From Eubacteriales bacterium (GTDB taxonomy: Bacteria; Bacillota; Clostridia; Oscillospirales; CAG-272): a stretch of 49,472 nt of DNA. The DNA lies in contig JAZNCT010000073.1 of NCBI GenBank assembly GCA_045587665.1, positions 1 through 49,472 of the forward strand, given 5' to 3'. Every line of letters starts with the position of its first letter. Within the stretch, counting starts at the first letter, position 1. Positions 8,261 through 16,814 of this stretch are shown piece after piece. The notes beneath the pieces are model-generated. The model saw only the letters and a program-made list of their open reading frames with translations. It ran no database searches and was not told where the DNA came from. Both the position numbers and the translations under genes were made by a program.

Positions 8261-9879
8261 TAAATCCTGCTCTCAAAAAGCTCAGCCACGCTCTCAAGGG
8301 TAACAGCCCCATCAAAAAAGCCCTTTGTCAGACGTCTTGCCGCAGTTGTGTAAAATCTGTTTTTGGAAAAGAAGTCGGCAGGTGTTGCCTCAGTCGCCAC
8401 GCTTCCTCTGAAAAACAGTGCACAGCGATCGGCACAAAGTGCCGCAAATTCAACGTCATGTGTGACAATAACAGCAGTCAGCCCCATAGACTTCAGCTTT
8501 TTAAGAAGCTCTATAAATTCAAGCCTTCTGCCCGCATCAAGCCCCTTTGTGGGCTCGTCCATAAGTATGAGTTTCGGCTCCTGAGCCAGCACCTTCAGCA
8601 GCGCAAGTATCTGCTGCTCTCCCCCCGAAAGATCATACGGATGCTTATCGTAAAGGTGGCTTATGTCAAAGGCGAGCGCCCCCATGTCTGCACCTGCGTC
8701 TATCAGCTCTTCTCTCACAGTATTCCTGAGAAAAACAGTTTGAACATCCTGTGGCAGCATAGCAAGACAATTTTTATAAAGCGACTGATTTTTATATTCC
8801 TTCAGCTTTTTTCCGAAAACTTTTATATATCCGCTGTATGGGTTCAGAATACCTGCCGCAGCCCCAAGAGCGGTGGTCTTTCCCGAACCGTTTCCACCCA
8901 AAATGCAGAATATCTCATTTTCATAAACCTTGAAGCTGATATCATTCAGTACATCTTCCTCATCTTTGCCGTATCTGAAATAAACCTTCTTATACTCAAG
9001 AGCCACGGCAGGAGAATGTTTATATTCCGTGTGCTCTCCCAGGCGCACCGATAGAGGAAGGTTCTCTGAAATAAAGCGTCTGCCCTCTGTTATTGTAAGG
9101 GGAAATTCCCCGGTTTTACCCAACATATGATAAAGCCTGGCGGCAGCGGGCATTGCCCTGAAAAACCATTTACTTTTGCAAAGAGAAGAAACAACGCTCC
9201 TTGCTTCTCCCATGGCTGCTATACGGCCGCCCTCGAGAACAACAAGCCTATCGCAAATTGGAAAAAGCTCTTCAAGTCGGTGCTCGGCTATAATGACTGT
9301 AAGCGAAAAATCCTCGTTCAGCTTTCTGACGGTGGAAAAAAAATCGGATGCCGCTATGGGATCAAGCTGAGCACTCGGCTCATCAAGAATCAGTATATCA
9401 GGATCCATAACCATAACCGATGCAAGGCAAAGCAGCTGCTTTTGACCGCCCGAAAGCTCGGATACCTTTTTGTCAAACCACTCTTCAATGCCAAAATAGC
9501 TTGCCATTTCCGCAACTTTTGCCGCCATAACGCTCTGAGGAAGCCCCATTTCTTCAAGCCCAAAGGCTATCTCATGCCAGACCTTGTCTGTTACTATCTG
9601 GTGCTCGGGGCTCTGCCCAACATAACCGATAGTTCTTGCCGCAATCCTGCCGTCTATATCTTCAAAAGGAGTGTTTTTATAAAAGATCCTTCCTGTTTTT
9701 TCTCCAAGTGGGGATATCTCTTTTTTAAGAAGTCTTAAAAGTGTGGATTTTCCGCTTCCGGTTTCTCCGCAGATAAGAGTGAATTCTCCCTCATCTATGC
9801 TAAGGGAAATATTCTTCAGCGTCTCATTCTCGGATGAAGAATATTTAAAGCTCAGATCTTCGATCTTAAGAATTTCCAT
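8260..9879 (-). CDS. ECF transporter ATPase with two fused ABC domains
   Basis: GETGSGKST / LSGGQKQ / LILDEPS and GGNGSGKTT / HPYDLSGGEQQ / MDEPTKGLD. Confidence 0.92.
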   Translation of the reverse strand: MEILKIEDLSFKYSSSENETLKNISLSIDEGEFTLICGETGSGKSTLLRLLKKEISPLGEKTGRIFYKNTPFEDIDGRIAARTIGYVGQSPEHQIVTDKVWHEIAFGLEEMGLPQSVMAAKVAEMASYFGIEEWFDKKVSELSGGQKQLLCLASVMVMDPDILILDEPSAQLDPIAASDFFSTVRKLNEDFSLTVIIAEHRLEELFPICDRLVVLEGGRIAAMGEARSVVSSLCKSKWFFRAMPAAARLYHMLGKTGEFPLTITEGRRFISENLPLSVRLGEHTEYKHSPAVALEYKKVYFRYGKDEEDVLNDISFKVYENEIFCILGGNGSGKTTALGAAAGILNPYSGYIKVFGKKLKEYKNQSLYKNCLAMLPQDVQTVFLRNTVREELIDAGADMGALAFDISHLYDKHPYDLSGGEQQILALLKVLAQEPKLILMDEPTKGLDAGRRLEFIELLKKLKSMGLTAVIVTHDVEFAALCADRCALFFRGSVATEATPADFFSKNRFYTTAARRLTKGFFDGAVTLESVAELFESRI

Positions 9880-10730
9880 TTAAGACTCACCCCCACCTCA
9901 ATAAATACAGGTAAAAACACAAGTGCTGCATATGCCACATACGCAAAGCTTCCAAAAAGACTCGGCTCTGCCGCACAGAGCTTTGGATAAAAAGCAAAAT
10001 CCAAAGTTCCAAGTGAAATTGCGGTTATGATAAGTGCGTCTGCACATATGATAGATATGATCAGTACCGCATCCGAAACGTGAAATTTAAACTTTGAAAA
10101 ATGCGTTCTGGAAGAAAGACCATAGCCCCTCGCTGCCATGCTGTCGGCTGTGATTATTCCGTTTTCAAGAGCCCAAGTTACAATTACAGAAAAAATACGT
10201 ATGCCGCCCTTTGTGCGGTCCACTATATTATCTTCTTTATAAAGTCCCATAGCCCTCTGAGCCTGCTCGGTCTTTTTCCTCTGCCTGCTTAGAAGCGAAA
10301 TATATCTGATACCCATAGAGAGAATCAGTGCTGTTTTAGGTGAAAAACTGCCAAAAACATAAAGAAGCTTGTCCTCTGTCATAAGTGCGCTGAAGGAACG
10401 GAACCAATATATGACAGAAATGATCATTGCCGCAGCCGCAAAGCCGTATATAAGAGCCTCGGCAGTTATAATGCTGTCGTTTATAACAAACAAAACCGTT
10501 GCACCATTGTGAGAAACAAGAGGATTTATCAGAGCCATTGCAAAAAACAAAGCAAGCAAAGCTATATGGGAAGACACATCACCCTTGCCCTGTTTCACAA
10601 AAAAGAGCAGAACAGAAGCAAACAGCGAAAGAACAAGAATGGTCGGATTCATACAGAACATAGCTATGCCCGCCACCGACAAAAAATATAAGCTGACTGC
10701 TATCGGGTTGTAATCTGAAAAACCTCTCAT
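9852..10730 (-). CDS. ECF transporter T component
   Basis: Polytopic; AQRAMG and ADSMAARGYG coupling motifs; start MRGFSDYNP at 10730 after AAAGGAG. Confidence 0.88.
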   Translation of the reverse strand: MRGFSDYNPIAVSLYFLSVAGIAMFCMNPTILVLSLFASVLLFFVKQGKGDVSSHIALLALFFAMALINPLVSHNGATVLFVINDSIITAEALIYGFAAAAMIISVIYWFRSFSALMTEDKLLYVFGSFSPKTALILSMGIRYISLLSRQRKKTEQAQRAMGLYKEDNIVDRTKGGIRIFSVIVTWALENGIITADSMAARGYGLSSRTHFSKFKFHVSDAVLIISIICADALIITAISLGTLDFAFYPKLCAAEPSLFGSFAYVAYAALVFLPVFIEVGVSLKWKFLRSKI

Positions 10731-10754
10731 TTTTGCTCCTTTCACACTGTTTTT

Positions 10755-12389
10755 TTATTTAGCATCCCCTCCAAAATCAAGGGTGTAAATCCATTCAATG
10801 CGGTCACCGTCCGAGAGCCTATATTCTCCACATCCCACAGACGGTGAGCTTCCGTTTACATGGTACACCCAACCGGAGAGATCGCCAAACTGCATCTCGT
10901 ATATATATCCAATACCCACAATATAGGCAAGACTTTCAGTGCCGTTGTTCTCAAACTGAATACCATTTACCCTTGACGCCTCGGCAAGAATGTCATAAAC
11001 CGTTTCTCCCTCGGCTATATCAAGCTGAAAATCATCAAGAATAATGCCGTCTTCGGGGATATGTGCTTCATCCGAAAGCCCGACTATCCTGTCGCATCTG
11101 ATAGAAATAGTGACACTTCCTATGGTGTTTTTCTTTTCTATGGCTTCACCGTTATAATAATCCTTAGCAGTTTTAAAATTTGAGAGAAGCACAAACAAAA
11201 TAGACGCTGCTAAAAGGAAGCACAGCACAATATAATTTTTATAATTCCGCTTTCCGAGAGCAAGCATAGTGATCGCCCCAAAAGCTCCGATCACAAGCAA
11301 AGCAATAATTGCAGTTTTTTTATATCCACAGCCTTCACCCATGCCTGTTATAGCATTGCTTTCGGGTGCTTCTGAAAAATCGGAAGTGGTATCGGACACT
11401 TGCGTTTCTTCCGGCATTTCAAGACCTTCCGGGTCGCATTTGTCTAAGATATAAAAGGCGTTTTTACCTTCAGCAAATCTTATGTATGAAACCATTGCGC
11501 AAAAGACCTGCGCTGTTGCACTTTCGTCAAAGGAAGCATCCTTTGTATGCGAAAATGCCCCGCTCGGCAGGCGAAAAGTCTCAATGGCAGAGAGAAGCGT
11601 GACACCGTTTTTTATAAACCTTTCATCGGTCTGAAAATCAATTCCAAGAGAGGAAAGTGCAATAATGACCTGCGCTATGCTCTCAGCGTTTTCTTTTCCA
11701 TAGCTTAAAAATCCGCCGCTTTCAAGCTGAGCCGATGAAAGAAATCCAAGTGCCCCTTCAGCCGACTTGCTAACATCGGCATTACTTTTGCAATGAGGTG
11801 CAAGTGCCTGCAGTGTCATAGCCGTTACATCAGCGTTTCCCACATCTCCCGTAAGAGACCAGCCACCGTCCTCACACTGCAAAGAAAGCAGGCTTTCTAT
11901 TATCTCTTGTGAGGGATAAGTTTGATTTTTATAGCCATTGTTCAGGAGATGAAGCCCGAAAACAAGGCTCATAATGCCCTGCTTGCCGATTGAGTTTTGG
12001 AGCACAGTTCCGATGTAGTCATCGGTACTGCCAAGGGCGGCAAGTGTAAGAGCATATTTAAGTCTTGACGATGCAGAATACACCTCTTTTTCTTTAAGAT
12101 ATCTGCAAAGTGCCGCCTCATATTCCGAAAGATCATATTCACCGCTTTGACTGAGAGCAATTATATACCATTCGGCACTGATGCCTGCCTCGTCCGCCAG
12201 TGAATCAACTAAGCCCTGCTCAAAATCAACCCCTGCGTTATCCATTTTAAAAGCTAAGATCTCCTCCAAAAAACATTCGGCTTTTCGGAGAGAATCTTCA
12301 TGCCCTTCTGCCGCCGATAAGGGTGCAATTCCGCTTATCAGAAGCACAAGGAAAAGAGCCACAGAAATAATCTTTATCTTAGTTTTCAT
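10755..12389 (-). CDS. Membrane-anchored prenyltransferase/squalene-cyclase-like alpha-repeat + DUF4430 (transcobalamin-like) protein
   Basis: Signal peptide; repeats QCEDGGWSL..DVTAMTLQALA, QLESGGF..ESIAQVIIALSSLG and RLPSGAFSH..ATAQ; two TM helices; C-terminal GETVYDIL...YIVGIG...SGWVYHVNG.SPSVGCGEYRLSDGDRIEWIYT. Confidence 0.82.
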   Translation of the reverse strand: MKTKIKIISVALFLVLLISGIAPLSAAEGHEDSLRKAECFLEEILAFKMDNAGVDFEQGLVDSLADEAGISAEWYIIALSQSGEYDLSEYEAALCRYLKEKEVYSASSRLKYALTLAALGSTDDYIGTVLQNSIGKQGIMSLVFGLHLLNNGYKNQTYPSQEIIESLLSLQCEDGGWSLTGDVGNADVTAMTLQALAPHCKSNADVSKSAEGALGFLSSAQLESGGFLSYGKENAESIAQVIIALSSLGIDFQTDERFIKNGVTLLSAIETFRLPSGAFSHTKDASFDESATAQVFCAMVSYIRFAEGKNAFYILDKCDPEGLEMPEETQVSDTTSDFSEAPESNAITGMGEGCGYKKTAIIALLVIGAFGAITMLALGKRNYKNYIVLCFLLAASILFVLLSNFKTAKDYYNGEAIEKKNTIGSVTISIRCDRIVGLSDEAHIPEDGIILDDFQLDIAEGETVYDILAEASRVNGIQFENNGTESLAYIVGIGYIYEMQFGDLSGWVYHVNGSSPSVGCGEYRLSDGDRIEWIYTLDFGGDAK

Positions 12390-13254
12390 TCTTCTTTTCA
12401 CGAACAAAAACAGCTGCGATAACAGCCACTGCTGCAACAACTGCCCCTATTATAAGCCAAACATTTCCACTGCCTTTTTCCTCCTCTGCAGGATCTGTAT
12501 CGACAACACCTGTATCAGTGGAGGTGTTTTCCGTGTCTGAAGTATCGGGTGCAGCTACAGCGCTAACAAAAACTGCTTTGCAAACGGGTGGAACAAGTGT
12601 CTGAGCTTCGGAAGTGGCACTTACCGTATATTCCCCCGCTTCAGGAAGTGTTATTGTAACCCTTCCCTCATCATCTGTAACAAATTCGGTCTTTTCACCG
12701 TTTAAGGTAATAACCGCTCCGCTGACGGGAAGCACCACAGTCTTAAAGCTCTCATCATAGCCTGATGCAGATAGTGTTAGAGTTATGCTTCCGTTTTCAT
12801 CTGCCACTGCGGTGTTTACATCAAAATAGCAATATGTATCAGACCAAGAAACAAGATCGGTATAAACAAAAGCGTTTATATAATCTCCTTCCTTAATTGG
12901 GTCTGCAAGCCCCATTGCCGAAGAGTTATTAACATAGTAGCCATAGCTGCAGCCGTTTGCACTGCCCCAGAGCTTTTCTATTGCAAGACCGTATTGCCCC
13001 ATAAATGTGGCATAACCACTTGCGGCACCGCCCTCAAATGCAAGCTCGTGAGCCCCATAGAGTGCATCGCTTATAGTGATAGCACCGTCACTGTCAATAT
13101 CGGTGACAGAAACCTCTTCGCTTGCCACAGCAAGCTGACCGTTTTCGTCTGCAATTGTAACATAAACCTTAACAGGCTCTTCTGCAAAACAGAAAACTGC
13201 AAGTGCAGAAAGAATAATCAGCACCGCCGCCATTGTTAAAACTAACTTTTTCAT
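12379..13254 (-). CDS. Surface protein with DUF4430-like domain, Ig-like domain and C-terminal TM anchor
   Basis: Signal peptide; TISDAL...GLAIEKLWG...YGYYVNN..MGLADPIKEGDYI; LPVSGAVIT..VTDDEGRVTI; T/D-rich linker; TM plus basic tail. Confidence 0.75.
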   Translation of the reverse strand: MKKLVLTMAAVLIILSALAVFCFAEEPVKVYVTIADENGQLAVASEEVSVTDIDSDGAITISDALYGAHELAFEGGAASGYATFMGQYGLAIEKLWGSANGCSYGYYVNNSSAMGLADPIKEGDYINAFVYTDLVSWSDTYCYFDVNTAVADENGSITLTLSASGYDESFKTVVLPVSGAVITLNGEKTEFVTDDEGRVTITLPEAGEYTVSATSEAQTLVPPVCKAVFVSAVAAPDTSDTENTSTDTGVVDTDPAEEEKGSGNVWLIIGAVVAAVAVIAAVFVREKKNEN

Positions 13255-13301
13255 TTTTACTACCTCTTTTTATTTTTATATTAAACCGCATTGGGTTTAT
13301 A

Positions 13302-13589
13302 TCAATTTGAAACCTTTTTCCTTTTTTTCAGCTCCTCGATATGCTCTCTCTTTTTAAGAATACGCTTTTGGAGTCTTTTTTGCTCTTTGTCATCATCTCT
13401 TTTTTCTTTCAGCCCTGCCGCCTCCAGTGCTCTTGGCCACGGGCCGAGAAAAGCCTTTACGGCGGTCACCTCTCTATCGGAAAAATCAGAGCGGTATGGG
13501 TATCTTTTTTCACCGCGCAAAGCTATCTCCTTCTGCTTGTTGGTAAGCAGATCAATACATTTTTCTCTTGTCAGCTTTTCCTCTGCCAT
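13302..13589 (-). CDS. Small basic protein with a motif resembling the homing-endonuclease-associated repeat
   Basis: GGAGGT RBS, ATG 13589; FLGPWPRALEAAGL motif; K/R-rich C-terminal helix. Confidence 0.7.
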   Translation of the reverse strand: MAEEKLTREKCIDLLTNKQKEIALRGEKRYPYRSDFSDREVTAVKAFLGPWPRALEAAGLKEKRDDDKEQKRLQKRILKKREHIEELKKRKKVSN

Positions 13590-13600
13590 AATTACCTCCA

Positions 13601-13643
13601 AAAAACAAAAACGCTTTTTCGCCTTAATACGGCAAAAAAGCGC
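13601..13643 (-). terminator. Leader terminator (riboswitch expression platform)
   Basis: - strand GCGCTTTTTTGCC-GTATTAA-GGCGAAAAAGCGT followed by TTTTGTTTTT, just upstream of the first RBS. Confidence 0.75.
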
Positions 13644-13740
13644 AGCTATCCCAAAACAAGCGCAGAAGCAGAAGTTCTGCGCAAAAGACGGCTACACTTT
13701 TCATGTCCAAAAATGCTACGGCGGCAAAACCGCCAATGCC

Positions 13741-13860
13741 CCTGCATTGCTATGCGAGTATTCCGACTTATGAAGCAATCTTCAATTACGGTAATGACGG
13801 TTGCGACGGATTTTCACCGAACTTCCCTCTTATCCGGCAAAAGCCGGAGCACAGCGCAGG
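13741..13860 (-). ncRNA. Cobalamin riboswitch (short, class-II-like)
   Basis: - strand AAGAGGGAAGTTCGGTGAAAATCCG...ATTACCGTAA...AAGTCGGAATACTCGC matches the B12-element core and B12 box; closing helix CCTGC.GCTGTGC / GCATAGC..GCAGG; upstream of DUF4430 and ECF genes. Confidence 0.88.
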
Positions 13861-13882
13861 ATATATTCAATTATCACACAGT

Positions 13883-13911
13883 ATTCTAACACGGCGATAT
13901 AGCTTTGTCAA
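13883..13911 (-). promoter_or_regulatory. sigmaA promoter of the cobalamin operon
   Basis: TTGACA-17-TAGAAT with TG extension. Confidence 0.8.
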
Positions 13912-13940
13912 TATAAATTTTCAAACATTCCTTTAAATTT

Positions 13941-14393
13941 TTAAAGCTCTGCCAATATCTCTTCTGCATTTGTATCAGGCTTTACCTTCGGCATTATACG
14001 TTCGATATTTCCCGCCTCGTCAATGACAAATGTCGTTCTGACGACGCCCATAGAAGTCTTGCCGTACATTTTCTTTTCCTGCCAAACGCCGTAAGCCTTG
14101 ATAGCCTCAAGGTCAGGGTCTGACAAAAGTATGAACGGCAGAGAATATTTTTCAGCAAATTTTGCATGAGAAGCCACACTGTCACGGCTTATACCTATCA
14201 CCGCAGCTCCTCTTTTTTTGAATTCTTCATAAGCAGAAGCAAAGGCACAGGCCTGCCTTGTACAGCCCGGTGTATTGTCCTTTGGGTAGAAATATAATAT
14301 CACCTTTTTTCCAAGATGATCGGATAGCGACACCTTGTTTCCGTCCTTATCCGAAAGAATAAAATCCGGAGCCTTCATTCCCTTTTTCAGCAT
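13941..14393 (-). CDS. bcp: Thioredoxin-dependent peroxiredoxin (Bcp/PrxQ)
   Basis: YFYPKDNTPGCTRQAC, GVVRTTFVID. Confidence 0.95.
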   Translation of the reverse strand: MLKKGMKAPDFILSDKDGNKVSLSDHLGKKVILYFYPKDNTPGCTRQACAFASAYEEFKKRGAAVIGISRDSVASHAKFAEKYSLPFILLSDPDLEAIKAYGVWQEKKMYGKTSMGVVRTTFVIDEAGNIERIMPKVKPDTNAEEILAEL

Positions 14394-14425
14394 TCTTATC
14401 CCCCTCCAAACCCATTTATACCAAA

Positions 14426-14510
14426 ATTATAGCACATTGCATTTTAAATTTCAATATTTTATTAACTATTCTATAATTGTATTGAAAAAAGGTTTTTAAT
14501 ATGTTATAAT
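14426..14510. promoter_or_regulatory. Divergent sigmaA promoters (bcp; DUF1538 operon)
   Basis: - strand TTGAAA-17-TATAAT (14454-14426); + strand TTGAAA-17-TATAAT (14482-14510); both TG-extended. Confidence 0.7.
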
Positions 14511-14549
14511 ATTTTGTGGTTGAATTTTTAACAGAAAGTTGGTGCGGGA

Positions 14550-16088
14550 TTGAATCCGAAACTAAGAGAAAAAACCATGGAATCGCTTTCCGCGGTCCTC
14601 CCTATTTCCGCAATAGTTCTCTTTATCAGCATTTTTATAGTTCCAATGGAGCTTGGAAAGCTGGTTATGTTTTTAGTTGGAGCTCTTATGCTTATAATAG
14701 GAATGGGGTTCTTTCAGCTTGGTGCAGAAATGTCTATGACCCCTATAGGTGAGGGCATCGGTGTTCAGATATCAAAAACCAAAACTGTATTTTTCATTAC
14801 GCTTATCGGCTTTATAATGGGTGCTATAATCACTGTTTCAGAGCCTGATCTGCAGGTTCTTGCACAGCAGGTACCCTCGATTCCAAACCAGGTGCTTATA
14901 CTTACTGTTGCCGTTGGTGTTGGTATCTTTCTTGCCCTTGCGGTTTTGCGAATAAGGTTTCAGATAGATCTCTCAAAACTGCTTATCATTCTTTATATCC
15001 TGCTTATCGGCGCATCATTCTTTGTGCCAAAGGACTTTTTAGCCGTTGCCTTTGACTCTGGCGGAGTTACAACAGGCCCTATGACAGTTCCCTTTATAAT
15101 GGCTCTGGGTGTTGGTCTTGCTTCGGTGAGAGGAGACAAAAATGCGGCAAGCGACAGCTTTGGTCTTGTTGCTCTCTCAAGTGTTGGACCTATACTTGCC
15201 GTGCTTATCCTGGGGCTGTTTTTCAAGCCTACCGAGGCTCTCTATTCCTCCTCGGATATTGCAAGTGTTTTCACAACAAGAGATGTTGCTCTGGTGTTTG
15301 CTAAGGGTATACCTCATTATGCAAAAGAGGTTTTTATTTCCCTGCTTCCAATAGTAGCGGTGTTCGTTCTCTTTCAGCTTATAACAAGGCGCTACCACAA
15401 AAGACAGCTTAAAAGGATCATATTCGGTCTGGTATATACATATGCAGGTCTTGTACTCTTTCTTTGCGGAGTAAACGTGGGCTTTGCCCCTGTTGGATCT
15501 TTTCTCGGTGAAAAGCTTGCTTCGCTTTCTTATAGGTGGATAATCGTACCCATAGGTATGCTTATAGGTTATTATATAGTTAAAGCAGAGCCTGCTATTC
15601 AAGTCCTCAACCACCAGGTTGAAAGCGTAACGGACGGTGCTATCTCTGTAAAGGCTATGAACCGCTCCATGTCTATCGGTGTTGCCGTGAGCGTTGGTCT
15701 TGCAATGCTAAGGGTCATAGCGGGTATTCCAATTCAGTTCATTATCATTCCGGGCTATATCATTGCCCTTGTAATGTCAAGATTTGTTCCAAAGATATTT
15801 GTGGGTATCGCCTTTGACTCAGGCGGAGTTGCAAGCGGCCCGATGACCTCAACCTTCCTTTTGCCCCTTAGCATAGGAAGCTGCAGTGCCATTGGCGGAA
15901 ATCTTATGACAGATGCCTTTGGTGTTGTGGCACTTGTTGCCCTTACACCGCTCATTGCTATACAGATAATGGGTCTCGTATATAACTTTAAGACCGCTAA
16001 GCTTCATAAGAGAGCTTCCGAAATGGCAGACGTATCAGCTATCAGCAATGAAATTATAGATCTTGAGGAGGAAATTTCTCATGGATAA
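14550..16088 (+). CDS. DUF1538 family membrane protein (two fused repeats), putative transporter
   Basis: Duplicated motifs SEPDLQVL / AEPAIQVL and AFDSGGVTTGPMTVPF / AFDSGGVASGPMTSTF; highly hydrophobic. Confidence 0.88.
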   Translation: MNPKLREKTMESLSAVLPISAIVLFISIFIVPMELGKLVMFLVGALMLIIGMGFFQLGAEMSMTPIGEGIGVQISKTKTVFFITLIGFIMGAIITVSEPDLQVLAQQVPSIPNQVLILTVAVGVGIFLALAVLRIRFQIDLSKLLIILYILLIGASFFVPKDFLAVAFDSGGVTTGPMTVPFIMALGVGLASVRGDKNAASDSFGLVALSSVGPILAVLILGLFFKPTEALYSSSDIASVFTTRDVALVFAKGIPHYAKEVFISLLPIVAVFVLFQLITRRYHKRQLKRIIFGLVYTYAGLVLFLCGVNVGFAPVGSFLGEKLASLSYRWIIVPIGMLIGYYIVKAEPAIQVLNHQVESVTDGAISVKAMNRSMSIGVAVSVGLAMLRVIAGIPIQFIIIPGYIIALVMSRFVPKIFVGIAFDSGGVASGPMTSTFLLPLSIGSCSAIGGNLMTDAFGVVALVALTPLIAIQIMGLVYNFKTAKLHKRASEMADVSAISNEIIDLEEEISHG

Positions 16089-16773
16089 TAATGCAAAACT
16101 CGATTCTTTTCAGATGCTTATGCTGGTTGCAACACCAAAGCTTGCAGAGAAGGCAGCCGAACTCTTTCGCAGAGAAAATCTTCCCATTCAATACCGTCTC
16201 AACGCAGAGGGCACTGCTTCAAGCCAGGTAATGGATATGCTTGGCTTTGGAAGCATTGACAAATGCCTTATCATCAGCATGATGCCAAAAAAATATGGCG
16301 ACAAAATGCTGGGCCTGCTTCATTCAAAGCTGAGGCTTGACACTGTAAACAGCGGCATTGCATTTACAGTCCCCATGAGTGGGGCAAACAATTTACTTTT
16401 GCACATCCTGACAAAATCTACCGAGAAAAATTCGGAAAACAATAGCGGAAGGAACAGATATATTATGCCGGATACAAAATATTCTCTCATAGTAGCTATA
16501 GTTGACAGAGGCTTTAGCGGAGACGTTATGGAAGCCGCAAGAGATGCAGGCGCAGGCGGTGGAACTGTTGTTCACAGCAGACGCATTGCAAGCGAGGATA
16601 TAACAGGACAGTGGGGACTGAGCTTGAAGGACGAAAAGGAGCTTGTCCTTATCATTTCAGAGCTTGAAAAGAAGCTTGATATTATGCAGAGCATAAATGA
16701 AAAATGCGGTATTCAAAGCGAAGCAAAGGGCATGGTTATGTCCCTCCCCATTGATTCTGTTATGGGTATATGA
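16081..16773 (+). CDS. P-II-like regulator with tandem domains
   Basis: C-domain LIVAIVDRGFSGDVMEAARDAGAGGGTV...EKELVLI...SLPIDSV; N-domain ends GIAFTVPM; GAGGAGG RBS overlaps the DUF1538 stop. Confidence 0.8.
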   Translation: MDNNAKLDSFQMLMLVATPKLAEKAAELFRRENLPIQYRLNAEGTASSQVMDMLGFGSIDKCLIISMMPKKYGDKMLGLLHSKLRLDTVNSGIAFTVPMSGANNLLLHILTKSTEKNSENNSGRNRYIMPDTKYSLIVAIVDRGFSGDVMEAARDAGAGGGTVVHSRRIASEDITGQWGLSLKDEKELVLIISELEKKLDIMQSINEKCGIQSEAKGMVMSLPIDSVMGI

Positions 16774-16814
16774 AACAACACAGCGGCGGAGCAAAACTCC
16801 GCCGCTGTGTTGTT
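16774..16814. terminator. Bidirectional terminator
   Basis: AACAACACAGCGGCGGAG-CAAAA-CTCCGCCGCTGTGTTGTT. Confidence 0.85.

Noticed and set aside
13291-13936. Plus-strand ORFs of 160, 182 and 77 aa over the riboswitch region
   Set aside because: They are antisense to a gene with a clear RBS and to the riboswitch, and have no recognisable motifs.
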